From contig NW_002060945.1 in assembly GCF_000150275.1 (NCBI RefSeq), positions 9,440,011 to 9,504,010 of the forward strand: a stretch of 64,000 bases of DNA, written 5' to 3'. Origin of the DNA: Trichoplax adhaerens (lineage: Eukaryota; Animalia; Placozoa). Positions 24,451 through 38,800 of this stretch are shown piece by piece (position 1 is the stretch's first letter; every line of letters starts with the position of its first letter). The notes beneath the pieces were generated by a model. That model had not been told where the DNA came from. It did not search any database and saw nothing but the letters and a program-made list of their open reading frames with translations. Made by a program: the position numbers and the translations under genes.

Positions 24451-27400
24451 ATAAAAAGCTAAGCGTCGTGAATGAATTCAATAGCTCTATCTGCATTACA
24501 GAAAGACTACTCCACTATTATTTCAGCGTAATATTGTGGAATAAAAAAAACACTGTCTTACTAGCCAAATATCTTTCTGTTGTGTGTGAATTGGCTTAAA
24601 AATTACTCGCATACCATAAAATGCTACTTTACACTATAATAAATAAGAGCAATATATTTATCTTACTATTCATGTGCTAACTATCACTTTTGTAGACATT
24701 AGCTTAATACAGCCCCTATTTGTCGACAATACTACAATGAGTTCTGGAAATATAATAGAGTAATAGAAAGACAACTGTATTCAGAAAACCTAGTACTTTA
24801 TTATGACTTATGCGAGGCTAGTGTAATCTGTTTTCATTTCGATGCAACAGTTGTTCATTATTTAATCTTATAGTACTCGTCTATCGCTATACTTTATTAT
24901 ACTGCCACTCTGCTAATACTTTCGGTTTTATATTAATCTATCATTATATATCGTGACTATATAAATAAAATATCGTCATCAGTTCTATACCTAATAATTA
25001 TGTTTCAGATTGATATTGATACTGATAATATAATCTGAATGATAATATCAGTATCAGCATCAGTGCATCACGAATAGTAACCCAGCTACTGCAGTATTAT
25101 CTTTCAATCGGTATAGTTTAGGATCTAATATAGTTGTATGAAGTTAATATTTTCATTCCTTAACTATTTGTAAAAGAATTAAAGGATAAAGAAATTAGAG
25201 GTTATTCATGCGATCTACTTCTATGAAATTTTAAACGAAATCATAGATAAAAATATCATTCTTTACGAGTAACATAATGCAATGTTATAACAGTGTTTTG
25301 AGCAATTTTGTACAGCAGTATTTGAAGCATCTGAACTGGTAAATATCAGTTTGCCCAAAAGAAAAATTATTGATATGTACTAAAGACAACATTTCTCAAA
25401 TCGATGGCCATTATCATCTTTAGTGATAGACGTGTTGAAAGTAATCGCAGTCATCGACAAGTCAAAGTACTGCACTTTTGAGTCTTGTAGTGATGCTCCC
25501 CATAGCTGATTATAAAATAGCTATATTCGATATAGTTAGGTTTCTAAGAATAGACGTTATCGTAGTGCTAATATTATTTTAGATGATTGTTAACTACTAT
25601 ATTAAAAATTGTTAATCACTAATATTAGCCAGTTGGCTAATTATGGTACAAGATTTATTTGACTTGATGTACTGTAATTATGAAGATATCCAACACCGAA
25701 AGGTGCTAAATATTAATAGAAGAGTAGTGATATTTTAGGCAGAATGACTCAGATTGTAGAAGATAATGATGACCTATTTAAGGAAAAGTACTCTATTTGA
25801 TGACTCAAGTCTGATTGTAGCTAATTATATTATCATAAGTAGATTTATCAACATGTATTTTAGAGCTGTAGAGATGAGCATAGACATAGACGAGACTTCA
25901 CTTTGAGCTCGAAATACTTTAGACTAGATTCTTGCTAGTAATTCATTCTTGCTCTACTATTCTTCAACTATGTAATAAAAGCCTTTTCTTAAATTCCCTC
26001 TTGACGAAAGTTACAGTACCACAAGGAGACAGTAACGGATTGCTTCAACGGAACCCATAACTACTTAACCCGTGAAAATAAATTAATTATTACTATTTTA
26101 AGACAATGACTACTTGCACCACTTGAAAGATCTACGTATTACCTGTAGCTATACAATGAGATTGAAAAATTGCGATTGTTCCAATCATGCATCATCGATG
26201 GCTTTAGCACAGTTTAATACTACTAACAATGATTCATTACTTCTTCTTCTAATATAGTAATGTAAACTGGCTGACTATATGACTCAAATAAACACTGTAT
26301 GCATAACTATTGTTGGAGGAATGCTCTAGTGGGGTAATGTGTATTCTCTGCAAATATTGGACAATGCCAACTATTGTCCGGGCAACATCTTTCAAGTCTG
26401 TAATTTTGTAAGAGTCATAAAAGAGTAAGTTTTAATCTACTACAATAGATGAAGTCATCGATTTAGAGAAATGAAGAATCGCCAGAAGGACAACTGCTGT
26501 TAAGTAGAATAATACGAAACCATGACTTCTCAGCGTTGTTTGGCTAGAGCATATCATTAATTAAGAAAATATCATGAAGGTGGAAAAAAAGCCAAAATGG
26601 CAATTGAATTCTAATGTGAGTAATTTTTAAATCAACTTGTAGACTCCGACTTGTCAGCTACAAGTGCCTCTATCGGATTCAATTTCAATTTAGATCTTTA
26701 CTGATAGCACTATCAGTGTCAAATGAGAAGAAAGTGTAGAGTAAAGGATATATTATAAATGATTGTAATCCGTGTCTGTTGTGTTGGATACATTAGAAGA
26801 AAGGAACTGTAAGTTAGACTTTCTAACCGTTAACATTTGAAATGATGAAATTAAACTGACTTATTAATTCTAATCATTCAATAAGCGGATCAAGTAGCGA
26901 TGTTAGTTTTCTATATACAATCATTAGTCTATGGTTTTAATCTCCGTCTGCTATTCATCATAGTAGCACAGTTAAAATAGCATTATACAATACCTCTATT
27001 CTCTATCATTACCCAAACGAGATCATGATACATAGCAAATGCTTCGTATCATTGTCTTATGCTTTATAAAGTGACAATAAAAATGTCATAAAACGGCCAG
27101 TAAAAACGAGTTGAAGAGGTTCATATCGCATGACAAAACGACAAACATTGGCTAATAATCCATCATCGATTCGAAACGATGACTAGAATAGCCATGATAG
27201 ATCTATTTAACAATAAAAAATGAAACGATCGGTATTGAAATCGTATACTGCTAAGTGATGGCCATGTTTTCAGATGGTCTACTTCGAGCCTAAATAGAAA
27301 TTGATTGAATATACTTCAGTAATTAGCGCTAAATAGCCATAACTCATCATCTTTGACTAATTACTATAAATCCAATATTTTTTCTATCTCTTATTTGCAT

Positions 27401-30400
27401 AACTGATCTATATAGGAAAATTATTCAGTCTAGAGACAGTCGGCAATACAAAGAGTTGTCACGTCATCGTTGGCTAGGCTTGGCGTTGAAGAGGTGCTTT
27501 ATTTATTGTATAATCTAATTGAAATTAAAGTACCGCCTCGGTAAAGAAACCCAACCGTCTATCTAGGACTGCAATGGTCTATCACTATTGTCTACTATTG
27601 TTTCATTATTCTTATTTTTACTGACTTATCAATTTGAATCTACCCCTAACTGATTGCTGCACTGTATACTAAAGCTATTTTTTCAAGTCGCATCGGTGCA
27701 TGCATATTAATTCTTATTCTTTTCTGAATATTCTGTCCCTCTTATTCACTGTCAGTAGTTTTTGCTTCCTTGTCTTTATGTTAAGCGATCATAGAAGGAT
27801 TATTCTGTAACGACTGACTACAGTACTTATAACTAGTATTTGTTTGCTATTTGTAAGCAACGTGCGTCCTTGGAATTAGATCAACCCATTCCACTTGCAC
27901 CGTAGAAAGCAAAAATCGATTTGGTATTTCGTTGATTATTCATTTATCAAATAGACGGTAAGACACTATTCTATAAATTTCAATTTAATTTTTGAATTGT
28001 TTTTGGAGACGATATCCTTAAAATAAAATTGATTCCATTAACGTAGTCGACTTTTATATTGGAAAAAATTAAAATTTTAATAATACGCAACGTGGGTGCT
28101 ACTTTTCCGTTTATTATTCCCATATTATTTTTTTTCCAACTTGGATTAATTCTGTTTGTATTGGTGTGGTACTACCGTAGTTTAATAACTTTAGTTTCTA
28201 TAAAGCATGTCTCATAGCACCTTTGCAAGTGTCTAATTGCTACTTCAAATCGTCTTAAAATGGGACATAAAATAACAAACGCCTTCAAAATTGCAAACTG
28301 TTGTCACCAATAATATCAAAAATGCCCCTACTTTTATACTAAGACAACGTCAATATTGATCACTTATCCATCCATTTTTTCCTTTTATTTTATCATAGCT
28401 AACACATGAAATACGTATCGTACTTAATCAAATTTAATAGACAATATCATTTGCATTGGTACCACGCACAATTTAAATAATCTAGCTAACTCGCTAGTCA
28501 TTCTATTACATCTTATCAATGCGATATTAGCCGATAACGAATCATAGCGTAATATTTTTCAAAGTAACATCTTAACAGTGAAAGCTTATTGTGTTGCTCT
28601 ACAATATAGTCTACAGTCGTAGAGTGAACAAACTATAAAGTTGACATTTAACCTATTTGTTCACAAATATTACATTAACAAGCGATAAAATATAGAATAT
28701 TACATGTAATATATCGAGCACAAACCGTCGATTATGAAAACGTTAAAAATTATATGAAAACTATCTGACGCTCGGCACGGTATCATATTGGTATATGCTA
28801 GCGTCTACGAGCAAATTGAAAATATTTTGTATACTTTACGATTTACTAGGCATTAATTCAATTTTCAAAGACTACCTGTATACTGGCTATAGAGTTCAAG
28901 TACAAGCTACAATAAATTGCTGCACATTGACGAGACTGCTTGTAATAATTGATACTCGATATTGTAGAACTCCTAAAACGCTTTGTTCTCTACTTATTTT
29001 GTATATTTTAGCGGAATAGAGAAAAGAGAAAGCACTGTCTTCTTTAGTATTTAAGCTATTCTTACAAGTGACCAAGTATACTAGAATTTTTCGACTAATA
29101 GAAGTTCACACTATACTTTTATATTCTTGGATTAAAATATCGACGTCTATCTAGCACTTTAAAATGATTTTATTATTCGTCTTTACCCTTGAAATTATAG
29201 TATGTAGGCAGTAAAGTATAAGTGTAGCGGGCAAGATAGCTACTATGCCTTGAGAATACGGCATACGATATCATGATAAAAAGGGGACTTATTAAAGCAT
29301 ACCAATACACGTTCATTTTTACATTACTGTGTGCAGCTAATTCTTAGGATCCACGTTAAACTAGACTACCCAGATTATAAAACCGAATTAAGCTTTATTA
29401 CATTATCAAACTGTAACTGCATCTATAGCGAAAGATTGAAGAACTCCCGATATACTCGATGCATACGCTTAATAAACTCTAGTGCATAACATATTAAGTA
29501 GCGATAGTAACATTATCATAACGTTTAATAGGAATTGGATTACCATATCCTCCTGGAGCACAAGCATTACATCTTACTGTAGCGCATACATTAATAATTT
29601 TGGTACTAATTAAGAATTCAACTTGGAGTTTACTAACTCGACATCTTAAACTCTAATTTTTTGTATCTTGGCCAACTTTGAAAGCATATTCTTATTGACA
29701 CAACTTTTCGATAAAGAATTCCTGAGTTGATCAATACGAGTAAGGCTGTTATCTCTTCTACTAAAAGGCAATATAGTTAAAATTATCAAGTAGCCTTTAT
29801 AAATGCTTTACTGTAATAGGAAAACAAACAGATTCCCTCGAACATAAAGCAATCGTCTAGATTATCAAACATTATCGAGATTCATAATCCGTAACCAAGG
29901 AAATTTATTACAATACTAGTAGAACCTTGTATTTTTTGTCGATCATTAACCTAAATATGCTCTGCCAGGAAAATTAACATCCGAACTATTTACCATCAGC
30001 AACAAAAAGGATCTATTACGCAATCAATCAACTAAGTCAAATCGGTAGTTTATTATATGGCATACCGGTAGTAGTTCCTTTTCCTTATACCGTGCGCGAA
30101 TATTACATAAATATAATAATAGCATTATTTCGTTACTAATAGTAAAAACATGAGCTATAAACTTTAGTACTTTAAGCAATTATCATCCATATATTAGTCT
30201 TCAAAAGGATAGCTTTTTGCATGCTACCTACCTTGAATAGAAACGATTGTTTCAGGAGCCTCTTTCGATGTAAGACATACGGTATCAACCTTTTAATACA
30301 TTTACTAAAAAATCTGATTTTCACCCCGCTATATATTTGATATTTTACGTGTAAACATACGCGTATCATTATAGTGGGTAAAAGGTATCCTAAATATTAA

Positions 30401-31549
30401 TCTATCAACAATGATAAAATGATGATTGGAAATTAAAAGTACGGAAAATGCGTCTTGTTATAGTCGGCATAAATTTTAAAGAATTAGACCAGACTTCTAG
30501 AGACTGCAATGTAATTAATTCAAAATGTTATGTTGACTTATTATATGAATAAATTATACAAAAAATAAGGAATAATGTTTGCAATACTTTAGACATTTTA
30601 GCTTGCCTTGGATTATAGATTTCATTATAACTGTAGATGTGGTATAAAATTATTAGATAAACAGTTCTTACTCTCATGTATTATAATAATTATAAGAATC
30701 CAAACTTTAATGAGTCGTGAGTATTAAAATAATTACAGCGAGAGTACTGCGTTCAAAAGTAGGAGATCGTATTTTATTTACGGAATACTATTGATGACTA
30801 TCTGGTAATAGGGAACATGACATATTGATAAAAAGAAGCGATTTACAAAGACAATGCGATGCAACTGTAATATATTTCACGAAAAATATTACTAAATTGC
30901 AATCTTTGCATCTGCGGAAACGAATTATGCACTAGTTTTATAATATAATATTTAGTTTATAGCATCCTGTATACTACTGTCGAAAATGAATCTGTCGTAC
31001 GTGATTTAATGCGCTAGTCCATGAACATAATAATTAAAAACAAAATTAATAAAAATACACAGAGACAATTATTACTCACAATTATTCATCTACTTTATAA
31101 TCAGGTGGGTGTCATAGCGTAATATGAATGAAATAAGCAATTTACTATTGCTAACAGTGTCCCAGTTTTACATCAAAGTTTATCGTCTAACGTGTATACG
31201 AGCATTTAGTGAAATTTCAGACATTGAACAAATATAGTAAAATATATGACCGATGGTGTACCATGCTATACACTTCCTGATGAGATTACAGTATCAAATT
31301 GTAATCACTAGCATACGGTTTACGTTATACTATTCACTATAGGAATACATTTTACCATTGTGCCTATTTTTATTTATGTGCACCTAAGGATCAAAAATTT
31401 TTCTGTTTTTCTTCATCTTCTTGTAATCAAACTTACTTATATTAGACCTTAAAGCTTAAAATCATTCTTAATTGATTATTAAATATAACTTAATTTAATG
31501 TATTTAATCTATTAGCTCAAGAATAGACTACTGCTTATTGCATTACTAA

Positions 31550-31914
31550 TCTAAGCACAAAATGATCCTTATTTTTTAAAGGGTTATATTGTCAGAGGAA
31601 ATAGCTCTTGCATTAACTTAATACAATATAAATAGTACCATAGCATGGTCTTACAAGATCCAGACCCAAAATGAAATAAATATTTATGGCAATTTTAACA
31701 GCAAGATGCTATCCAAGACTGTTTTGGTACTTCCAAAGTGAATTTAATCTGTCCGTCAGTATATTCATACTTTCTTATCCACTTAGTTACAGCTATAGAG
31801 AACAGCTTCCTCGACTGTACTGTTAATTAACATAGCTAATAGCTACCAGTACTATATAAAGTGTCAGCTTTAAACACCGCTACTACATTCGGTAGTCGCT
31901 AGCGGTAGTTAGAG
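31550..31914 (+). mobile_element. ~365-bp segment present only in copy B intron 1; possible degenerate Helitron-like insertion
   Basis: Copy A reads cgctaa|tttaaagaagtc (13571-13588). Copy B has ~365 extra bases here, starting TC after an A, with a subterminal hairpin ACCGCTA..TAGCGGT (31876-31906), but no clean terminal CTAG. Confidence 0.35.
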
Positions 31915-32849
31915 TATTAAAGAAGTCAATAGTCAAGATAGCGCTGATTGAGAGATTAGACAAAACATAGACAAAAACTGTACATTGGAGTGTTGGGATA
32001 TCTATAGTTAAGGGCGCGGTACTACATTATAACCGACTTGAAATAATAATAATGGCCTAAGAAAAATTTACACGTACATTAAAATGTAATGAATTAATTG
32101 TCCCTATTTCATTCAACTGTTGACAGCATAATTGATGCTATCTAGTACTCCAATATGCGCGTATTTCTACATACTGTATTCGCATATAAATTCGCCTAAA
32201 AGCATAATTGCATGACTCTCTAGTGCCAGAGAAGAAGAAGGAAAATTACCGATACTGTGAAGTCATTGTAGTCCAGATAGATGTATGCATAGTGAGTCAG
32301 TTAATTTTTCTTTGAATAAGAAAGATTACGAAAAGAACTGCAATTATATCACGAAGCATTCAGTATGTTATAATGTGATAAATACATAAAAATTTAACAA
32401 TATCCCCACATAATATATGATCTACAGCTTAAAAGAATAATTTTAGTAATCGTACAGTAGGACTAGTTTCGATTTCTGTCATTATAATATACGGATAGTA
32501 AGGCTGTCACAAAGTCTTTATATATTCTACCACTCTTAAACCTTACAAAATAGCATAATCAGTATAATTTTTCTAATATTTATCGTCATTACTAGTACAT
32601 GCATATTTCGATAGAAGAGATCTCTTTCTAATTACTTTTAAAACTCAGATCGTCAGAGTCGTTGACTAACTCTACCATCTTGAGCAATACTATTTATATA
32701 TAATTAAAGCTAAGGTATCATAAGTTATAGATGTCGTTCCCTTGCAGTAGTTTTTTGCATCAATTAACAACGTATGCATCTTTTCTGTCACCTATAGCCC
32801 AATAAAACACATCGACTTTGGCGTTGGACTCTAAACTCATCGCTCCATC

Positions 32850-35800
32850 ATGATTTGGCGTGGATCGCTTATAACTGTAGTGTTTTGCCTTCTCTTACCT
32901 GGCTACTACGCACAAGGTATACATAGCGATGTTTCATATACTATTATACACTAATATACAGTATACGCGTATATCTAATTGCTTTAAGTTTTCTGTATAT
33001 CAATGCATATTTAGTAATAATATTAATCATTGTTATTTCAAAATTGTTACGGTAAGAGAAAGATATTACTTTTAAACAAATTACATGATGTGAAGATAAA
33101 GTATCGTAAGAACTGATCTATATCACAATCAATGATTACAATAATAGTTTTAGAACACTGTGGAAAAAAATTTATATATCTATAAACCATATTAATCAAA
33201 ATAGATATTATGAATACGTTCCAAAAATATTTACTACGATAATGTTAATTTCGTCTTCAAATTCGATGTTTTACAGACTATTACGAATTTACCACACATC
33301 CAAGCAATGTCTACCTTGCAGGAAGCGTATCTCAAGTCGTGATGTCTTGCAGAGCCGCACCTGTAACAGGCTTAACTTGGATTTATCAATGGCGACTAAA
33401 TAATGATAATCTTTCTGCCCAACGAGGCAATGCTAGATTCACCGGATTTAACAGTAATGAGCTTACAATAGGATCCGCTACTAGCGATATTTACGATACC
33501 ACTCTTTTCGGTAATAGTAATAATTTCACATGTGTGGCAAACAATAGTAAAGGAGCTATGACGTCAAGAATCGCAAATATTTTACGTGTTGGTAAGTTAC
33601 ACCCATAGAAATAACGTTTAACTCTTATATAACTTATATACCATACGGTACTCGTATTTAAAACGCTATCATAAGGAATTAACATAATAATATTTCCGAA
33701 TTTATTATATACCGTACTAAAATATCAGATATTTTTAGGTAAACCATTCTTTCAAGGAAACAGTAAATTAAACAAAGATGCTACCTTTATAGCGGGTCAA
33801 GCTACAAGTATCAAATGCGGTGACACAAAATTTCCGGAAATTCCTACTACCATGTTGTGGCATTACACGAAAAATGAATTACGTCTTAATCCATCATCCG
33901 ATGGAAGAATTGCGATCGCCTTAGATGGCACTCTATATTTCGCTAACTTACTTGTTTCTGATGCAACGCGTTATCGTTGTGGTGTAAGGCCTACTCAGCC
34001 AGACACAAGTACAAATATATTTTTTTCAGGAAACACAACATTAACTATACAGCCAAGAGGTTAGTCTAAACTAAATCAAGTTACACCTCGAACAGCGACT
34101 ACATCTTTTAAAATTTCTTTAGTACTTCGATGTTCTAATCACTATCAATGTAGTAGCAATAATTGTCAAATATTACAATTTATACATAAATTATTCCAGA
34201 CATACTAATATAATGTAGAACTTCAATTTCTGATAGTCATCAAACGTTGTACTTTTTTCAAATAATACATTTTTATTATTGTACTTGCAATTAATATTTA
34301 CTAATCTATAACTTGTAAATTTTAATCTATCCTTTTCGTAAATTTTTTATCACAGTTTGCACCGGTCAATTATGTGGTAAGTACACAAATAGTTCGATAT
34401 GATATTGTGTATTACTTGTCTTTTATTATGAGCTTTTACTTTTTAAGCTAAGTAATATTAACTTACATACTGTATAATATCGTAACAGATTTTGGTCCAG
34501 AATTGCATAAAAGGTCCGGTAATATGCAAGCAGTGATCGGTTCATCGATTACCTTAGAATGTATCCCCAAAGGAAGGTATCTATTGATAATACGGAAATC
34601 AAAGATGTATAGCTGGGTTACTCGCTCAATCATGAGGCCTATTATGAAATGTAGTAGTTTTCCTTTACATAACATTTAACAGTTATTAAATTACAGTGTA
34701 AACTTATTCATTACGTATCTAAACTCAAGAATTTCAATTTACTATTTCAGACCAACTCCTATTATCAGCTGGTGCTTGTATAACTCTAACACTCAATTAT
34801 GCAACAACATCCAAGCATCATCTAAGTACGCTTATAGTCAAGCCAGTAATAGGCTAACTATTAATAATCTCATTCCTCAAGATGCTGGAACGTATAGATG
34901 TATAGCAAGAAGTATAAGAACTATACAATGGGATAATGTCTTACAAGTCGATCGTAAGTTAGATTTTGACAAGATTATAATTATCTAGCAAGTCAATCAG
35001 AAATAATATATTGTGTTAATTGATAATGAGGATTGCTTCGATTTTTAATTTAATAGCAAAATTGACATGGATAACAAGGTTTAGATCAATGTCTGCTTCA
35101 ATCGAAGATACTGTAACTTTTCCTTGTACTGCATACGGCACGCCGCCATTAAAATATACGTGGTATAAACAAGCCATTAAATTTCCCCTGACTAATAGTC
35201 GATTCATTATGTCGAGTACAAGTGGAAATTTAACAATAAGAAATCTATTAAGTAATGATACTGGCGTTTACCAATGCGTTGTTGAAGACAGATATAACAG
35301 AATTGCAAGTGGAGGATACTTCGAAGTCAAAGGTTAAATATTAGCTTATAGCTATCTTTACAATGATTAGCTGTAAATCTACTTAGTTAAAAAGTTGAAG
35401 GTTATACTGTATTTTGATATAATAAATTCTCAAAAGTAAATAAGTATGCTAAACTGTTATTTAGTCGATCTGTATATTACTTATTGAGATAAAATTATAT
35501 CGGTAACAATTCAGTACAGTACTATTAACTTTCTTATTCACTTATATAGTAGTCTTTAAATCGTTATCTTGCTTAGTCTATGTTCTCTAAATTTATTCTA
35601 CTTTGTTAAATTGATATAGTATTTGCAGCCAGATTTACTGAGACGATGCAACAACAGCAGATTATTCAAGTTGGTCCATCAGCACAAGTGGTATGCCCAA
35701 TTGACGGAGGTCCAAAACCGACCATTGATTACTTCTTTAACGGAAACCAGATATCATTGTTGGGCTCTAATAAATATGAAAGATTACGAAATGGTAATTT

Positions 35801-38800
35801 ATTGGTTAAGAATGTCGTCTTAGCAGATGGAGGAAACTATACTTGTAGAGGAAGAAATCGATATAATCCAGTGAATACCTACGTTACTGGTTGGGCAAGG
35901 GCTCATGTTTACCGTAAGTTAACCCTTATGCTATGACGTTTTCTGATATAGATTACAAAAGCTATCAATAATTTAGATAGTATTATTTTAAAACTTCCGT
36001 TTAAGCTAATACAATACAATCCTATATAATTCAGTAGATATTCATCTTGATCGTAATCTCATAAGATCTATTAAAATTGTTATTTTTCATTTTCGATAGT
36101 TCTAAAATCAGATCTAATCAATTCTATATATATCTTACCGACAAATATCCTTTCATCTCATTAGTCTTATCCTTCTTAGTATCCGTAAAAATATTACATC
36201 ATATTTCTTGCCTATTATTTTTAGTGTTTAACAATTAATTGACGTAGTCAGAGAGATTGTAAGACTTGATACGTATTTAACCCTATTTTTTAACAAATAT
36301 TCTTAAAGCTACAACTTCTTATCCATGCAGTGATAGTTTATTAAGACTTCTCTACAGTACTTTCATTCTCATCTATATCCGATAACAAAGTATAAGTTCG
36401 CATGAGAAAGATATTTTGAAGACATTGCTTGAGTAGATTGTACTTTAAAGAGCTCTTAATTGAATTGCTCTAACGTTTACAGAAGCGACTAAAATTCTGG
36501 AAGGTCCAACTACCCGAAGCTATCGTATTGGCTCTACAGTAACTATCCCATGCAATGTTACAGCTGATTCTAGAATTAGGAATGCGGTTACAGTAGTATG
36601 GCAAAGGAATGGTCAATCTATACAAGCTTCATCCAAATATGTACTACGAAATTTATATCCTAATTACGCCTTGACTATTAACAACGCTCAAATCGCAGAA
36701 AGTGGAAATTACTCATGTAGAATGACTGTTGATGTCGCTCAATTACCAGGAAAAACAATTACTGATACTAAAATTGGAAACATAGCATTCAATGGTAAGA
36801 TTAATAGAGAAAATTCACTGAATCAGCTTAGATATTCTCAGTCATTATATTGAATAGTACCGTATACGTTAAGTAGCGATATAAGACGATAGCAAAACAT
36901 TAAGATAATTACTATTCGTAGCAGTTAACTTTTATTTCTGTTCTTAGCTGTTCCACTACCTCCTACTCTTGCTTCTGGAAGATTAATAAATAGCAGTATG
37001 CTATTTCTTAACTGGACTTTCGCAACCGGTAACGAAAACAATAGTCCTTTGAAAAAGTTTGTCGTCCAATTCAGATCAAACTATATCTCAACTATTCGAA
37101 CACTTTTGGAAATACCCAACATCAACCAACGAAGTACCTTCATAACTCCATCCCCATATATAACATACACTTTATACGTAGCTGCAGAAAACGGCGTTGG
37201 CCTTAGCCAAAGGAGTAATCAATTACAAATTAGAAATCCTAATACAGCTGGTACGATTAATATAATAGTTACTCCTCTTATGACTATCATCAATTTTTTA
37301 ATTATATCATTTACGCGTATAAAACGACATCTAACAAATAGTATAACAATGTACTAAAGTTACTGTTGTTAATTCTTAAAAGCCATTTTATCGATAACTT
37401 TTTTCAATAATGAGCTCACTAACACAAAGTAATTTCATTTTTAGTTCCTACCGACGCACCCACTAATCTTTATACGCTAGTCAATTCAGCAGATTTAACA
37501 ACATTAACCGTTTACTGGACAGTAAGTTATTTTTAATATTTCTAGGTTTCTCACTACATTTATATCTGTTTCAACTATATTTACATTAATCTTTGATATA
37601 GTTACTTATCATAGTTTCATATAAGATAGGTGCACGTTTTCGTTAAAACTAGTCAAAAATTTAAATAATAATATCTAATTTATTTTCAGCCACTAACAGG
37701 TGAACAAGCTAATGGCCCAAACTTAAGGTATCTGTTAAGATACAGGAAGAGTAATACTGCCAACTCTTATAAGACCATCGACGTAACCGGCTCTAGTTAC
37801 ACAATTTCCGGATTAGAAGCTCGAGTTAATTATGATTTCGATCTTCGAGCGCGTAACGATATTGGCCTAAGTACAGTATTTGCTTACTATCTCGGATGTA
37901 CATGCGAACAAAGTAAGAAAACTGTACACCTTGCTTCTTCTAATTTATGATTAATTAGATAGTACCAAGTTATTCTCTACTAGTCTTTTATAATAAAATT
38001 CAATTTTTGTCTTGATTAGAAACAAGCATAGTTATTCAAGTAACTAAGTTATTGTTAACCATTAATACAATTATTATCGAAAACTAATGTTAATTAATGT
38101 ATCTATATACTTTATACTGATGATATTAAGGGCCTGTCGGAATACCATTCAATGTAACCGTAGTAGTAACAAATGCAAACATCGTTATTAATTGGTTACA
38201 AGTACCTGTGCATTTGCAGGGCGGAAAAATCACGGCTAATCGGGTAAAATACTAAACAGAGTCCTATTGTGTTATCACTATAGATATAAATTAATCAAAT
38301 ATACTAGATCTTACAAATCGCGGGTATACCTATACATCAATTATTTAGTAAGCTAAAACTATTTTGTCAGCGGACTAAATGTATGTATACATACGCGTAC
38401 TTACACAAATCGTTTATACGTACATGCTAAACATCGTAGTAGATAGTAGAAATAAACTTACTACAAATTTAAAAATAAATTTCGAATACTAAGAATATTT
38501 ACGATTTAACTTTTTTATATTACAGGTTAGATTAACACAAGTTACTTCTGGAACACAAAATACCATCTTAATCAATTCTACAACTAGTATTACTCTTTAC
38601 GGTTTAGCACCTAATACTAATTATACCGTTGCTATTAGCGGCAGAAATGCTGCTGGAGAAGGTCCCTTTTCTGTTCCTAAAACCTTTAGAACTGGCAGCA
38701 TAGGTAATAAGGATAATATATGTATTAGTCTTTACCGGTAATATACGTACAATAGAGAACTTTAACAAATTAAGCTACAAGACGGTATTTTTCTTCTTTT

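Larger units (their letters stand above)
8040..24800 (+). repeat. Segmental tandem duplication, copy A (~16.8 kb)
   Basis: Collinear with 26010-43040, from agtaccacaa.gagac (8043 vs 26015) to gtatt.agaaa (~24780 vs ~43020). Boundaries approximate. A unique ~1.2-kb spacer separates the copies. Confidence 0.93.
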
